The position numbers and the translations under genes are program-made. DNA of 64,000 nucleotides, taken from positions 23,622,001 to 23,686,000 of the forward strand of contig OZ260664.1 in the NCBI GenBank assembly GCA_965285935.1, written 5' to 3'. The stretch is from Ophelia neglecta. Its lineage: Eukaryota. This document shows positions 13,801-26,230 of this stretch, in pieces. The notes under the pieces are model-generated. The model ran no database searches and was not told where the DNA came from. It worked only from the letters and a program-made list of their open reading frames with translations. Position 1 is the stretch's first letter. The number at the start of each line of letters is the position of its first letter.

Positions 13801-16800
13801 TACCTAAAAAACACAAGGAGTTGACATATGCTTATAAGTTCTCTGTGAGTTAGGTTTGGAACTGATAAAATTGCCATAGCTGTTTCTGAAAAAAAAGGTA
13901 ACTGAATGTTTTAAAGATATATAGGTATCATCATCAAAGCACACTGGAGAAAAAAGCCTCAGGGCACTTGTGAGTACACCAAAGAGCCAGGAAAAATGCA
14001 AGATGGTCACCGTCTGCTAATTTTTGATAACAACACCTAGTTCTTTGACAGAAGCTTTCCAGGCAGTGACAATAGTTTTTCTGTATTCAAGCTTGAACCT
14101 TTGTTTATTTTTCATAAAAGTGTTACTTTTCCAGATGTAGTGTCTTGTGTTGTCTGAATTTTTTAGGTTTTTTTCTTATAATTGCTCCAGTGCAAGTCTC
14201 CTGTATATCCTATAATCATATATTTGTTTCAGTGCGAGTCTCCTGTGTCGGCCAGCGTTAGAGATGAGCTGACCAAACAGCTGTTAGATCACCAAGACAA
14301 GCTGGAGGCCAGTCTACGAGAGCAGCAACAGGAGTTAACACAGCTAAAACGTCACCTGGGCGCAACTTCCAGCGACAATGCCAACCCAAAACTACAGGCG
14401 TTAGAGGTATACCAACTAATGCAAACATTATAATTAACATATTCAACCTATGTCTTGAATTATGTTTCCAAAAATATAATTTGCATATGAAATTACAATT
14501 TGAATAACAAAAAAATTTAAAGTTGAGTTTTGCATGTTACATTCAGTGAGTTATAAGTACTCAGGAACCAAAAGAAGATCAGTTTTATTGAACATATCTT
14601 CCAGACCTTAAAGAGGGCTGTAGTGTTGGCAGTTAACTCTTTAACACTACAGCCATCTACAGGGCTTATATTCAGAGTTGTAAAGGTTAATTTGGCTGAC
14701 TAATCAAATTGCACCCACATTAACTGTGTATGTTTATTTGTCTGTTGATTTATAAATTACATGCCACCAAAAGTTTCAAATTGGTCATCTAATGAGCCTT
14801 AATAGCATCTACATCCACTGCATCATTTTGTTGTTATAACTGATTGCACATCAGTGCATTATTTATGTTCATCATACTCTGGATCAGAGGCATGTGTTTC
14901 ATGTATGGGACATTGAATTTCTCCATACTTTCCCTTTAAATAATAATCAAATTGCCTGCAGGCAGCCTTGAGCAACTTTTATCAGTGTTACAAATAAATT
15001 GTGGTTAAAAACTTCAGTTAGACATCAGTAAGACTTTTGGGATATTGGAGATGTTGAATGCAATTTTACATTGAATTTTCCTAGCCCAACCTGAGATCTA
15101 TATAGTACTGTATGTCTCTGACTTTACTGTATATTTATCAGAGGTTCATGCATTTAAACAATCTAGTGTCAGCAGTATGTAACAGCCTTATTTACATAAA
15201 ATAGTTAAACTGTGATTTTGCTCGCACCAAAATACTACAATTCTTTAATACAGAAGCTATTTTTATATAGGCAGAGTGGACTATTGAATAGCACTGATAA
15301 TGAAAAGCCCATTTTGTGAAAAGCATAATACATATTTAAATTTAATCGCTAGAGTTTATATGATAACTACTGTCAGGTGTAACTAATGAGAAAGCATTAC
15401 AGGTTTACTATAATAAATTAGGCATACTACAGTTATACTGTAGTGTTATGTTATAAAAGTACAGTGTATCACATTAAACGTATAGTAAACTACAGTAAAT
15501 CTATAGTTGATTAATAACTTTCTGAGCAAACGCTTGTTAACTACATTGTATACAGTTAACTATAATGACTTATAGTAAATTACTGTAAAACCATATTTGA
15601 TTATTAAATGGGGTTTCACACAAACCTATAAAGTAAAATGGAGCAGACTTAAGACCCCTTGATGGTCACCTATGGAAACCAGGCCTCAAGCGTGGCCAAG
15701 TGGTTAGAGCGTTCGCCTTGCAAGTGGTAGATCAGGGTTCAATTCTCGTTTGCGTCAAACCAAAGACGTAAAAATAGGTACTGATATCTCCCCTGCTAGG
15801 CGCCAGGTATTTCGGGGGTAGTATCAGGACTGGTCAACCCGGTGTCAGTATAATGTGACTGGGTGGTGTTCCCTATCTGGTGTCTACGGCAGGTACTCCA
15901 GTGAGGCAGCACTCTAAAGAGGGCATTGAGCCCACTGTCACAAGTAGGCACCAAGGTGATATGACCAGATAAGTGTTAAAACCACGTAAAACCCTAAACA
16001 ACCAACCTATTCAAGCGATTAATATGATTAGGCATATTGCGTCACACAAACTCTGGCCTACTAAGCCTCTGCATCGGCTCCTGGCAACCCCATATTGTGG
16101 CATACTCTACAGAGGCCAAGGTTTCATTTTGACCTTCCAAGCCCTCAAAAAACAGAAATCCTCCCCACTGTCATGGTTAAAACTCTGTCACCTGGCAAAC
16201 ATGTAAGCCAAATAGACCAACTAGACTTCTGGACAGGTTTGGCATGGGCACTATAATAGTGATAAGAAAAGTATGGAAACATGTACAGAGTGGGGTACAT
16301 TGCAGATGAAAGTTTAAGATACATGTAAACTGAGGGGGGGGGAGGGGGGAGGGGGGAGGGGGGGGGAGGGGGGAGGGGACTCAGTGGGACTTGTGTGCTT
16401 AGGTAAGTCAAATGATACAGTACATCAGAAAACTATAGTATGTGCTTTTTATCTTCAGGAGAAATGTCAAAGACATGGTGAAGACCTGCAGGCACTGAAA
16501 GTGAAACTAGAACATCTGAACAATTTGAGCCAGAAATCTAATGGAGCCCCCCAAGATGATAAAGGAGAGGAACCAATAGTGCCCCCTAGTGGCAACAAAA
16601 CACCTGTGTCCTCTCACCTGAATGGCTATAATGGACACACAGTGGGGATTCAGAGTGAGGGCTCGGGAGTGGGACAGACGGCAGACCCTTTCATGAAGCC
16701 CAGACCCTCCCACGCCGCTGGCACTGCGAGCAGTCATGTAGGGGAGACCCCTGAATCTCTCACCAGCACACTGGCCACACTCCAGTCTTTGGCAGCCACT

Positions 16801-17625
16801 CAGGGCTCTAGCTTGTTTGAAACTGCTGAGGTTCAAGCTTTGGTTAAGACACTTGTGATGGTCCTCTCCCAGGCAAAAAGAGCCGAGGCTCCCAGAGAGG
16901 TAAACACTGCCAAGGCTGCTATCCACTCAATACCAAGGCCCCCAGGGCCCTCGGCACCAGGGCCCTCTACACCAGGGCCCTCTTCATGGCCCAATCCTAT
17001 ACCAGCCCCCTCTAGCCAGCTGGATTGTCACCAAACTAAATTGAAAACACTACTTTCTGGAAAACAACAAAGTGACCTGATCACCCTCTCATCCCCAAAT
17101 CAAACTACCTCTGCTACTACTATCACACCTGGATATACAGGATCAAATGGTACAAAACCATATTCCAACACAGAAAACAGTACACACTTATCTAACCCAG
17201 GCAGTACAGGAAAAATTCACAACAGAATGGAGGTATCTTCAAGTTGTGTGACATCTAGCAATTCTACTCAGTCACAACCTGCGATCTCAACACCAGGTGG
17301 CACCTCTGATTATCCAGCAGACGACAACTCTCAGTCATCAAACTGCAGTCACAAATTTGATATGCTCCGGAAAATTCTAACGGAATATAAGGAAAGGCAC
17401 AGTGACAGCAAAACCAACGGTTTGGCAGTGCATGAAACAGCTGCCACGACAACAAAAGGGCATTTAGAAAATGAGATGCCGAAACCAGTTATCTACAATG
17501 ACAGCTTACAAGACAACATGCTGATTAATGTAGATCATCTGTTATCACAGTTGGGAGATGAACTAGACTTGTCTGTTATAAATGAATTTGATCTCCAAGA
17601 TCTGCTAAACACAGGAAATGTATGA
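4831..17625 (+). CDS. bHLH-PAS transcription factor, Methoprene-tolerant/CLOCK-like; 5'-partial (bHLH exons not found, probably upstream of the window); ~967 aa visible
   Basis: Phase-consistent exons: 4831-4963, 5618-5764, 6016-6175, 8921-9027, 9349-9496, 10856-11078, 12075-12654 (GC donor), 13463-13527, 14233-14406, 16459-17625; total 2904 nt. PAS-A: VDILGHPLQNIVHPQDHDILARQF..HRKFCIKM..YETIEVVGHI..HLIAIAK. PAS-B/PAC: WITRHEMDGKITYSDPR..GFMPGESIGLSAYHLLHPDD..CTFRMFTKSRDQLYVQT..FIISINDVLKEDVG. Then a long S/T/P/Q-rich tail. Confidence 0.88.
7028..8080. mobile_element. Non-autonomous Tc1/mariner (pogo/Tigger-like) DNA transposon, 1053 bp
   Basis: 23-bp TIRs CAGTGGTCCCTG(T/C)TTACAACGAC with one mismatch; TA on both flanks (7026-7027, 8081-8082); no transposase ORF. 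Confidence 0.9.
8137..8446 (-). mobile_element. tRNA-derived SINE (Meta-SINE-like core), copy 1
   Basis: Pol III A-box-like TTGCCGAGTGG and B-box-like GGTTCAACTC on the minus strand; (CAA)n tail; perfect 13-bp TSD ACTTGACATAGGG at 8124-8136 and 8447-8459; homologous to 15682-16007. Confidence 0.88.
15682..16007 (+). mobile_element. tRNA-derived SINE (Meta-SINE-like core), copy 2
   Basis: A-box TGGCCAAGTGG, B-box GGTTCAATTC, core GTCAGTATAATGTGACTGGGT..CAGTGAGGCAGCACT, AAAC/CAAC tail. It is a reverse-complement match to copy 1. Confidence 0.85.
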
Positions 17626-20600
17626 TGATATTTTCAAAACTTCAAACTTATTCAATTAAATTGAATTCTTCATAGTGCTGTTAAATAATATATACATGTA
17701 GGTGTAAAATGGATACAAACTGTTCTGGATATTACTGTCACATCCACCAAATATTGTGGTCTATTATAAAATACGACTTTGTCCAGAGTACCCATTGTCT
17801 TCAAAATAACTTGTACCCTATGTTAAACTCAGTGGTCCAAAAATGTGTTGCAATGCCAAATGTGTAACCTTAAATTTGTGAAAAGCTTAAAAGAATATTA
17901 ATTATTACTGATTGCTTTATCAAGCATCTGAATTCTTTTTTTTTATTCAGGCTAATTATTTTAGTTTTGTGTGTGTGTCATGTGAATTGTGTGTGATTTG
18001 AGATAGATGCAGGTAATAATTATTAACCATTTTTATCACAAATTAATATTTGTAAACCTGGTATTTTATATCTGAATGCATGTCCCCTCCCTCCCGGAGG
18101 TGGTGGGAATGTCTGACTGGCTACTCCATCAAAGTTACCAGAAAAAAATGAACCGACTTAAAGTCCATGACTGTTTAACAGTGGTAGACTATTGTCCGGG
18201 GTATATCTTGTCATAGACACTCACGGTGTCTTGCAGCAGGACACTGATCCTTTCAAAGGACATGCAAATACGTGATCATAGATTATTGCTGTGCTTTTTT
18301 TTTCAAAAAGCCCATGGCATTTGCTCTGACAAGTCATTTATATATGGGTTAGAATAATTAGAATGACTTGTACAAGTAGGTGTAGCAGACCAATTGTGTA
18401 AACCCCAAATAGGTTGCTTGAAATTTCTATATTATTCTCACTGTATTTTTGACCTTTGTAAATATGAATGATCAGAATTGGAACATGCATTTGTATCCTG
18501 GTGTAAATGAGGATGTTTGCCATGATAAAAGTGACGCATTTTGTTTATAGCCCACAAATTAATATTTAAAAAGGCAGTAAGGTAAATTGTTAGACATGCT
18601 GAATCTTATGTAATAACCCATCACTGTTGTTCCAGGTGTAAAAAGAGGGAATACTCATGCTCTCAGTGATACACAAATAGCTTGGACAGCAGAGTGAAAG
18701 CAATTGCATTTGCATATCCACCTGCAATGCCCTTTATGTTAGGAGCTTCTACCCCCTTCTCCTCTAAATAAATCACTAGAATGTTTGTTACATTGCTGAT
18801 GCATGCACTTGAAGTTAACACTTTTAGTTTTAAGACAATTTATTAAATAAATTAGCCTTATTGGTGATATTATTATTTTGAGATAGTAACATACATGTAC
18901 ATATGCATTTGATTATTGTTAAAGACTGGTCTCCTTGATAAAGTGTTAAAACAACTGTAAATGTTCTCCCTCCAACATCTGCTAACCAGCTACATGTATA
19001 AAATGTATTAATACACCATCTGTATCTTAATACTGTGTTTTTATACACTTCTAAAACATCTGCTTAATATACTTCTAAAAAAAACATCTGCTTAAACATC
19101 TATAAAAATGCTGACAGAGTGGTACAAGGAATTGTTAATACTGCCTGTAGAGGATTCGTTGCCTTCATATTTTGTAGGACAAGTTTATATTCATGTACGT
19201 TGCATTGCACATAATACCACATTACTGGCTGTTTTAGTTTGTCTTCATAAAGCCACCCCTGCTGCTCTGGTTTTTGTCAATTGATGGTTAGTAGCCTGCA
19301 TAAATGTTGAACAAAACAATGCCGAAAAAACTAAAAATATCTTTTAATGTCACTTGATTCCTGACAAGGTATTACGATGCAAAATAACGCTAATATTAAA
19401 CTGAAATGTCAGAGATACTTGGTGCTCAAATACCAAGGACGTGTATATGATCTTGACCAATTCCTGTGTTACCAATGAATGTCAAATGTCATGTTATTTA
19501 TATGAATGTTGCTATCAAAGGTGAGTGCAGTGAAAAAGAGTCACCTCACCCCGTTAAACAGAGAACCTGAAGTATCCCAGCGATCAAAGCTGGCAGTCGA
19601 AGTGTACCTCATCAAAGCAGCAGACGTCATAAACCGTCTGACCTCATTATATGTGGTTTGTCAGCTCATTCCAATCATTAAAATGATTTCATTCAAATGG
19701 TAAACAATTTTATATTTCAACAGAATTAATTCAAGAGAACATTAGGAAACAGGCAGGGATTTAAAACATTTCTATTCTGAAAACAGTATTTCTCTGGGGT
19801 TGCTAGGCAATGGAGAGCTAACTCACTGAAAAATACTGATATATTTGTAGCACCGTGTTTATAGCTGGGATAGTATTACTTTCAAGCTTTTATCATTTAA
19901 ACATCCATAATTATAAAGCATCAAATTATACATTTTTCGGGGGTTTGAAACACAAGAAACACTTATGTCTTATGACTGTGCTGCCTTTTCATAGCGATAT
20001 AACCTAGAAGGGTTCTTTGTTTTTATCTTAATTCTTTAATGTGTGAACTGGCTGCTTATTTGTTGTGATTGCTAATGTGTTTTCTAAACATAAATTATTA
20101 GTGTAATTATTTGTATTATATATGCCAAATGTTTGTGCAATGATGTGGGGGTTTTATTAAACCTTAATTGTGCTTGCTAAATCTGTCATACCTGTATATA
20201 CACAGGCTCAATATTAACAGTTATAATTATTAATGTGCCATATTTGGTAAGCATCAATTGCTTTTGTTTTTGCCATATTCTAACAGCAATTGTACCTTTT
20301 TTTTAGAAAACAACCCTGTGCCATAGTATAAATTCTCTAGTTTGCAATTTTCCTCAAATGTAATGGGAATCTAGTTATTATCATAATGTATATTTATTAT
20401 TCTTTGTGTTGTTTCAGGCATTATTGTCATGCTATGAGAGAAATGGACTTTGGATTTCTATGCCTAACAATATTGAATTTTTTGGATTTATGAAAACCTA
20501 ACTGCAAAATACTTTGTTTAAAATTTAGATATGAATTGATATTCATTGTACATTAGTGCCTGAATTATGAAAATACTTCTCAGAATATGACACAATGCAG

Positions 20601-22193
20601 TTTGGTTTATGTTTATCCTTTTTGTATGCAAAACATTTTTGCTTCCATAGCTATACATTTTAACTACCAGTAGTATTGTTTTCATTAACCTGGGAGATAC
20701 CGAAATATTATATCTATTCTGCACAAAAGTCAAGAAGTCATATACAAGCAAGTAGTACATGTAACTAAGTCATTAATGAAAGTGGTGGGCACTAATGGCC
20801 AATTGTGTCACCATGATTTTGACAGGTGTAATGTTTTATTAAGGGTTCTTCACCTAAAAAAGCAGCCATTCCTGCCCTCAGCATCCCTCACCTACAGCTC
20901 AGAGCTGCTCATGGCAAACCAAGGGGCCATCAATAATATCAGGAAGTCTATACAAAGTGTACACCCTAAAATCATGTTATAATTGCAACAAAAAAACAAA
21001 GATTATATTTTACATATTAATTTTCAAAATGAATTTGTCAATGGACAAATATACAGAATACATTTTAATCTTAATAAAATGCAGTGTCAGTTTGCTCTTG
21101 CACGGATGTATGGAATGATACAAGAACATTTATTTATGACGTTTTAGTGGTCACTAGTGCAGTAATATATCTTCTTTTCATTAGGCTGAGTGGTTTGTAG
21201 CAATCTAACTCATTATCAAACATTATATAGGCAATTTCTCTCTAACGAGGATTGCAGAAAAATCAGGAATAGGATTTCCAGGTGAACAAATATAGTTTTT
21301 TGTGGGTGTGAATGTACTCTGGTGGATATTTGTAGGTCAATGATATTTAACAATTTGTTGTAACTCAATTGTATTCACGTATAAAAAAAAAGCTACAAAA
21401 TTGTGTTTGAACTCGAGTATGTGTGGGGATGGATCTATCCCCTGGCAGTGATGTTCACATGTATGCCTGAAGAAAGAAGGGTTATATGTTAACGGAGAAC
21501 TAAGAACAAGAATCCAATGCTTGTAACGAGCAGTCAGGATCTAGTTATACCAGATGGAGTCATTGGCAAAGACAGGCTTAAAGGTTGTAAGCTGAGTGGC
21601 TCCTAGTGAATTAACATTGAGAAAAATGGATTACGTATCTGCTTAGAGTGTCTCATTTCAACATCAATGATGTGCTTGTTAAAGTGATTATAAGAAGGAT
21701 GTTAGTAAGGGCTTGTTTTGTTTTTAGAGTGACATATGGCATATACAGTAGTGATTTATATATATATATATATATATAATATATTGACAGTCACTAGTGA
21801 TATTCAACTAGAGAACAGGTACTGAGGGCACATGAGAGTGAAATCATGTCGTAATATAGTTATCAGTGTTTTTAATACCAACTGGTTTGAACATGGCTTG
21901 TTCACTAGGTCTTGTTGAGCAAAGCTTGTACATTTTTGCATTTGGCATGTATAAAAATATAGTGTTGTCCCTACATTCTAAGTTCGGAAAATAAAGTCTG
22001 AACAATATTCTATGATAGCAACTTGCTGCTCTAATTAATTATATAACTAGCTAATAAATTAATGTAATATCATGCATCTTATGTATAATAAATAAATGTT
22101 ACGTTTGTATGAATAAATTTCTATCTGTTAGTAGTATTTTTTAATCAGTGAAGCACAAAGTTACTAGTTGATAGTAATACATTAGTGAAAGCT

Positions 22194-23160
22194 CCAAGTC
22201 ATAAACAACCCCCATAACATAAACAAACGTTATAACACAAACAACCCCCATGCTATGAACAACCCCCATGTCATACACTGCCCCCATGCCATGAACAACC
22301 CCCATGTTATACACTGCCCCCATGTCATAAACAACCCCATGTCACAAACAACCCCCATGCTATGAACAACCCCCATGTCATACACTGCCCCATGCCATGA
22401 ACAACCCCCATGTTATACACTGCCCCCATGCCATGAACAACCCCCATGTCAGACACTGCCCCCATGTCATAAACAACCCCCATGTCCTAAACAACCCATG
22501 CAATAAACATCTCCCATGCCACAAACAACCCCATGTCATAAACACCCCATGTAATAAACATCTCCCATGCCATAAAAAACCCATGTCATAAAAAAACCCA
22601 TTTCATAAACAACCCCATTTCATAAACATCCCCATGCCATAAACAAACCCCATGTCATAAACAAACCCCATGTCATAAACAACCCCAAGTCATAAACAAC
22701 CCCATGTCATAAACAACCCCAAGTCATAAACAACCCCATGTCATAAACAACCCCATTTCATAAACAACCCCATGTCATAAACAACCCCATGTCATAAACA
22801 ACCCCATGTCATAAACAACCCCCATGTCATAAACAACCCCATGTCATAAACAACCCCATGTCATAAACAACCCCAAGTCATAAACAACCCCATGTCATAA
22901 ACAACCCCAAGTCATAAACAACCCCATGTCATAAACAACCCCATTTCATAAACATCCCCATGCCATAAACAAACCCCATGTCATAAACAACCCCATGTCA
23001 TAAACAACCCCCATGCCATAAACACCCAAGATGTAATAACCCTCATGTCATTAACAAACCCAATAATTTCCATGCCATAAACATTGAAACTGAACAACCC
23101 ACAGGCCATGTGAAAAGCCACTTCCATGTCATTAAACCCCCACGTCATAACCAACCCCAT
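22194..23160. repeat. Minisatellite, ~17-18 bp unit CATAAACAACCCCATGT, roughly 50 copies
   Basis: Directly visible tandem array; the 5' part alternates two variants (ATGAACAACCCCCATGT / ATACACTGCCCCCATG). Confidence 0.95.
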
Positions 23161-24886
23161 TTACTTGGGATTAAGAATAACGTTATCGATATTACTAGGT
23201 AAAAACAGTAAAAATTCTTACAATTTAAATTTTGGCATTTTTGGCAACTCTGTTTACAAACTTGTGGCATTAAATGGGCTACTAATGAAAAAGATTGAGT
23301 ACCGTAGGCACTTTGGCCCATCTCCTCAGGAGCACATACACGCAAGGCGTTAGTCTGCTACTACTTATTAATAACTAGTAATGAAGTAGCAGACCAGCGT
23401 TTCCTGTACCTGTGCTTTCAATTGCCCAAGGGGAGATTTGTTCCAAGAGCATTTGCGCAGCGATACAACTGTCAGGATTAAAAAATAGATGATAGGTAAA
23501 TTGATTAAGCTTAACAAACTTATTGCCATATGTACATTAACAGTTAGGCTGTTTAGTGCTTAATATACGAGATATTCACTTTTGATTAGTAAAATGACAC
23601 TAGGCCATTTATGCCTCTTATGATTGCATGTAGGCAGGGATGATGAAGGTAATATGCCAGCGGTTGTAGTATCACCCAGTGCCCTAGTAAATTACCTTGC
23701 TGCAGTGGAAACCCACACATCCACTAGTTTTAAGTTGTTTTCTGAGTAAAGCCGGTTGCCAATTATATTAGATAAAGACTGATCTTACTGAGGCATGTGG
23801 ATGTACCTGTTAATTTACAGCTATATATTACAACTTATATCTGCTTTGTCCCAGTTTTAAGTTAATATTGATATCATGTTTGCCAAACCATGTATTTTTC
23901 CTGAAAAGTTCTTTAAAATAATACAGTAAAGCCACTTTGGTGAACCTCTCTTATTGAATTTGAATTTCAACCATATACTTGTAAATGTATTGAATAAATC
24001 ATTTAATAATTTCAGTGTACCTTGGTGCTATGAAGGCATTGAATAAAAGTGTGCCTGAATTTTCCAAGTCAACAATTAACATCAAAATCTGCAATGCTCC
24101 AAGTGTCCTAAAGAATATTAAATAATAAGTAAACAAGAACTGTGCACAGTGGTATTTTTAAGAGAGAATTTAGTTGAGATAAATGAAAATAAAAATCCTG
24201 CAGATAATTTTTAGGCCATTTGATCTTTGTGGGCCATTTTGTCATTCAAATATAAAGCTTGAGGATTTGATTTCCTTGGATAATAGAAACAATAGTGGTA
24301 GTGGATTGCGTACCTTACGTGTGTGAAATTCAACTTCATTATTGTCTAAATTTGGTAAGTCAGCAAATTTTATTCTGATGTACCAAACTGTAGATACATT
24401 ATGTTAAAAATGTTAATCTAGTTCTTTATTTTGTCACATGTAATGCATATTGCTACAGTTTACATGTGAATAATAAAAACCTAATATTGCAACCCAGTTG
24501 GTATGGCTTATTGTACAAAGTACTTTCCCCTCATTTATGCAAGTGCAAGCATGCCAATCCACCAAAGGCTTTTCAACTACTGCAGCAGGGTCACCTTTCA
24601 TATCATGTGGAGCTATGTATAGGCCTATAGTATTGGTGTATATCTGGGGTTTATAGTAAGATAGTCATGTGATTTGTATGACAGCATGAAGTCATGTGAT
24701 CTTGTGATCATGTGATTAAGATGGCTTTTATGAAGAGATTTGGTTCATGCTGGGAAACAGGATGTCATGCTGGGAGAGTAAGGAGGGAAATTAAAAATGA
24801 AGAACTTTAAAATGTCAGAGACCCCATTTGTAGAAGGGTGAGTTTAACTATGTTATATAATTGTTCCTATCATCTTTTTCTGTTAA

Positions 24887-25071
24887 ATGTGATATGAATA
24901 ATTACTGTAGTGTACCAAATTTGGTCGTGATAGAATTGCTGTAATGTACCTAATTTTGACATGTGATAGAATTACCGTAATGCATGTTATTTTGACTGAG
25001 ATAAATTACCGTAATGTACCTTATTTTGACATGTGCTAGAATTTCCATAATGTACCTTATTTCCCCATGTG
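24887..25071. repeat. Tandem repeat, ~36 bp unit ATGTGATAGAATTACCGTAATGTACCTTATTTTGAC, about 5 copies
   Basis: Directly visible diverged tandem units. Confidence 0.8.
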
Positions 25072-25340
25072 CAGGCTTGGAAGCTAACATCTGGTTAACT
25101 AGCACTGTGGCCCCCGTCTACCTGAACATTAGTTTTTCTAGACTGAGCCATTTTTTTACTAGACTGAAAATGATACTCACATGACATCTGGAAACCAAGG
25201 AGAATTGATTCCATGAGAAAAAAAAACAGAAATCAATATTGCATCAAAAAATCAATTTATTATTCATCTTCATTTCCCAGTCTATATGAAAAGTACTGTA
25301 CATGTTTGTACTGTCTTTTGACACTCATTGGCATATCTAA

Positions 25341-25747
25341 GGGACGCATCATTAGATATTTGGGGGGGGGGGGGGCGACAAAATATTTTCTAGTGAAACA
25401 AAAAATTTTCTAGCTTTGGACAAACAAACAATTTATTTTTTCCTATCTGGGAAGCAAACAATTTTTTTTTCTAACAAATCTCTGTCAAATATTTTTTCCC
25501 TAGCCTTGATCAAACTTGTATACCCTATGTGTGAAGTCATTATTTGGCCGTGAGGCCAACCTTATTTTAGAATCCATCGAAGAATGGATCAGTGCTTATG
25601 CAAACAAATTTATTTAAAGAAAATATCAGACAAACAATTTATTTTTTCCAGAGTCAGAAACAAACAATTTTTTTTATGCATAACCAGAAACAAACAATTT
25701 TTTTTTTAAATTTGTCGCCCCCCCCCAAATATTGAATGGTCCGTCCC
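25341..25747. mobile_element. MITE, PIF/Harbinger-like, with G-run/C-run TIRs
   Basis: TAA on both flanks. Termini GGGACGCATCATTAGATATTTG(n)CGACAAA and TTTGTCGC(n)AAATATTGAATGGTCCGTCCC are inverted. Internal repeats AACAAACAATTTATTTTTT. A similar end fragment lies near 37590-37630. Confidence 0.75.
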
Positions 25748-26230
25748 TAAGGATTATGCCTTTGTTAACGTCTTCATCATTAGTACAGAATCCTTCATCA
25801 ACTGACATAGGAGGGGAAGTTCTGTATATCAATATCATGGCTTGGATGCCCTGTGTGTTTGCAGAGGACAGGAAACAGTGCAGCATACAGCCTATGGGAA
25901 ACCAGCCTAATATTGCGCATCCTGCCCCCTCGGCAGGCAGGGGGCAGGATGTAAACAAACTGGGTGAGCAATAATACACTGTGATCGGAGTATTGGCTAC
26001 AATTTCTGGAAAATTTGCAGACATGATTTAGTCGGTAAGCAGACATTGACATTCAGGGAGATTTATTGGGATGACTGAGATGGCAATGCACGGTCATTTT
26101 AAAGGGAACAGTTACATGTAGGTGACTTGACCATTTTTTACTAGACTTGGTCGGACAGCTCGACAGTTGCACGTTAGTTTCAAAGCCTGCATGTGATATT
26201 ATTACAGTACTAATTCTACGATATTCAGCA

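Noticed and set aside
15688-15765. tRNA gene
   Set aside because: A and B boxes are present, but the sequence continues into a SINE body shared with 8137-8446 and there is no clean cloverleaf or terminator.
16384-16458. Independent 413-aa single-exon gene starting at 16384
   Set aside because: GTG start; the frame is entered through the acceptor at 16458 as the last exon of the PAS gene.
22194-23160. CRISPR-like array or coding repeat (HGRCLL / NNPHV ORFs)
   Set aside because: Head-to-tail minisatellite with no unique spacers, in eukaryotic context with no cas genes; the ORFs are translations of the repeat.
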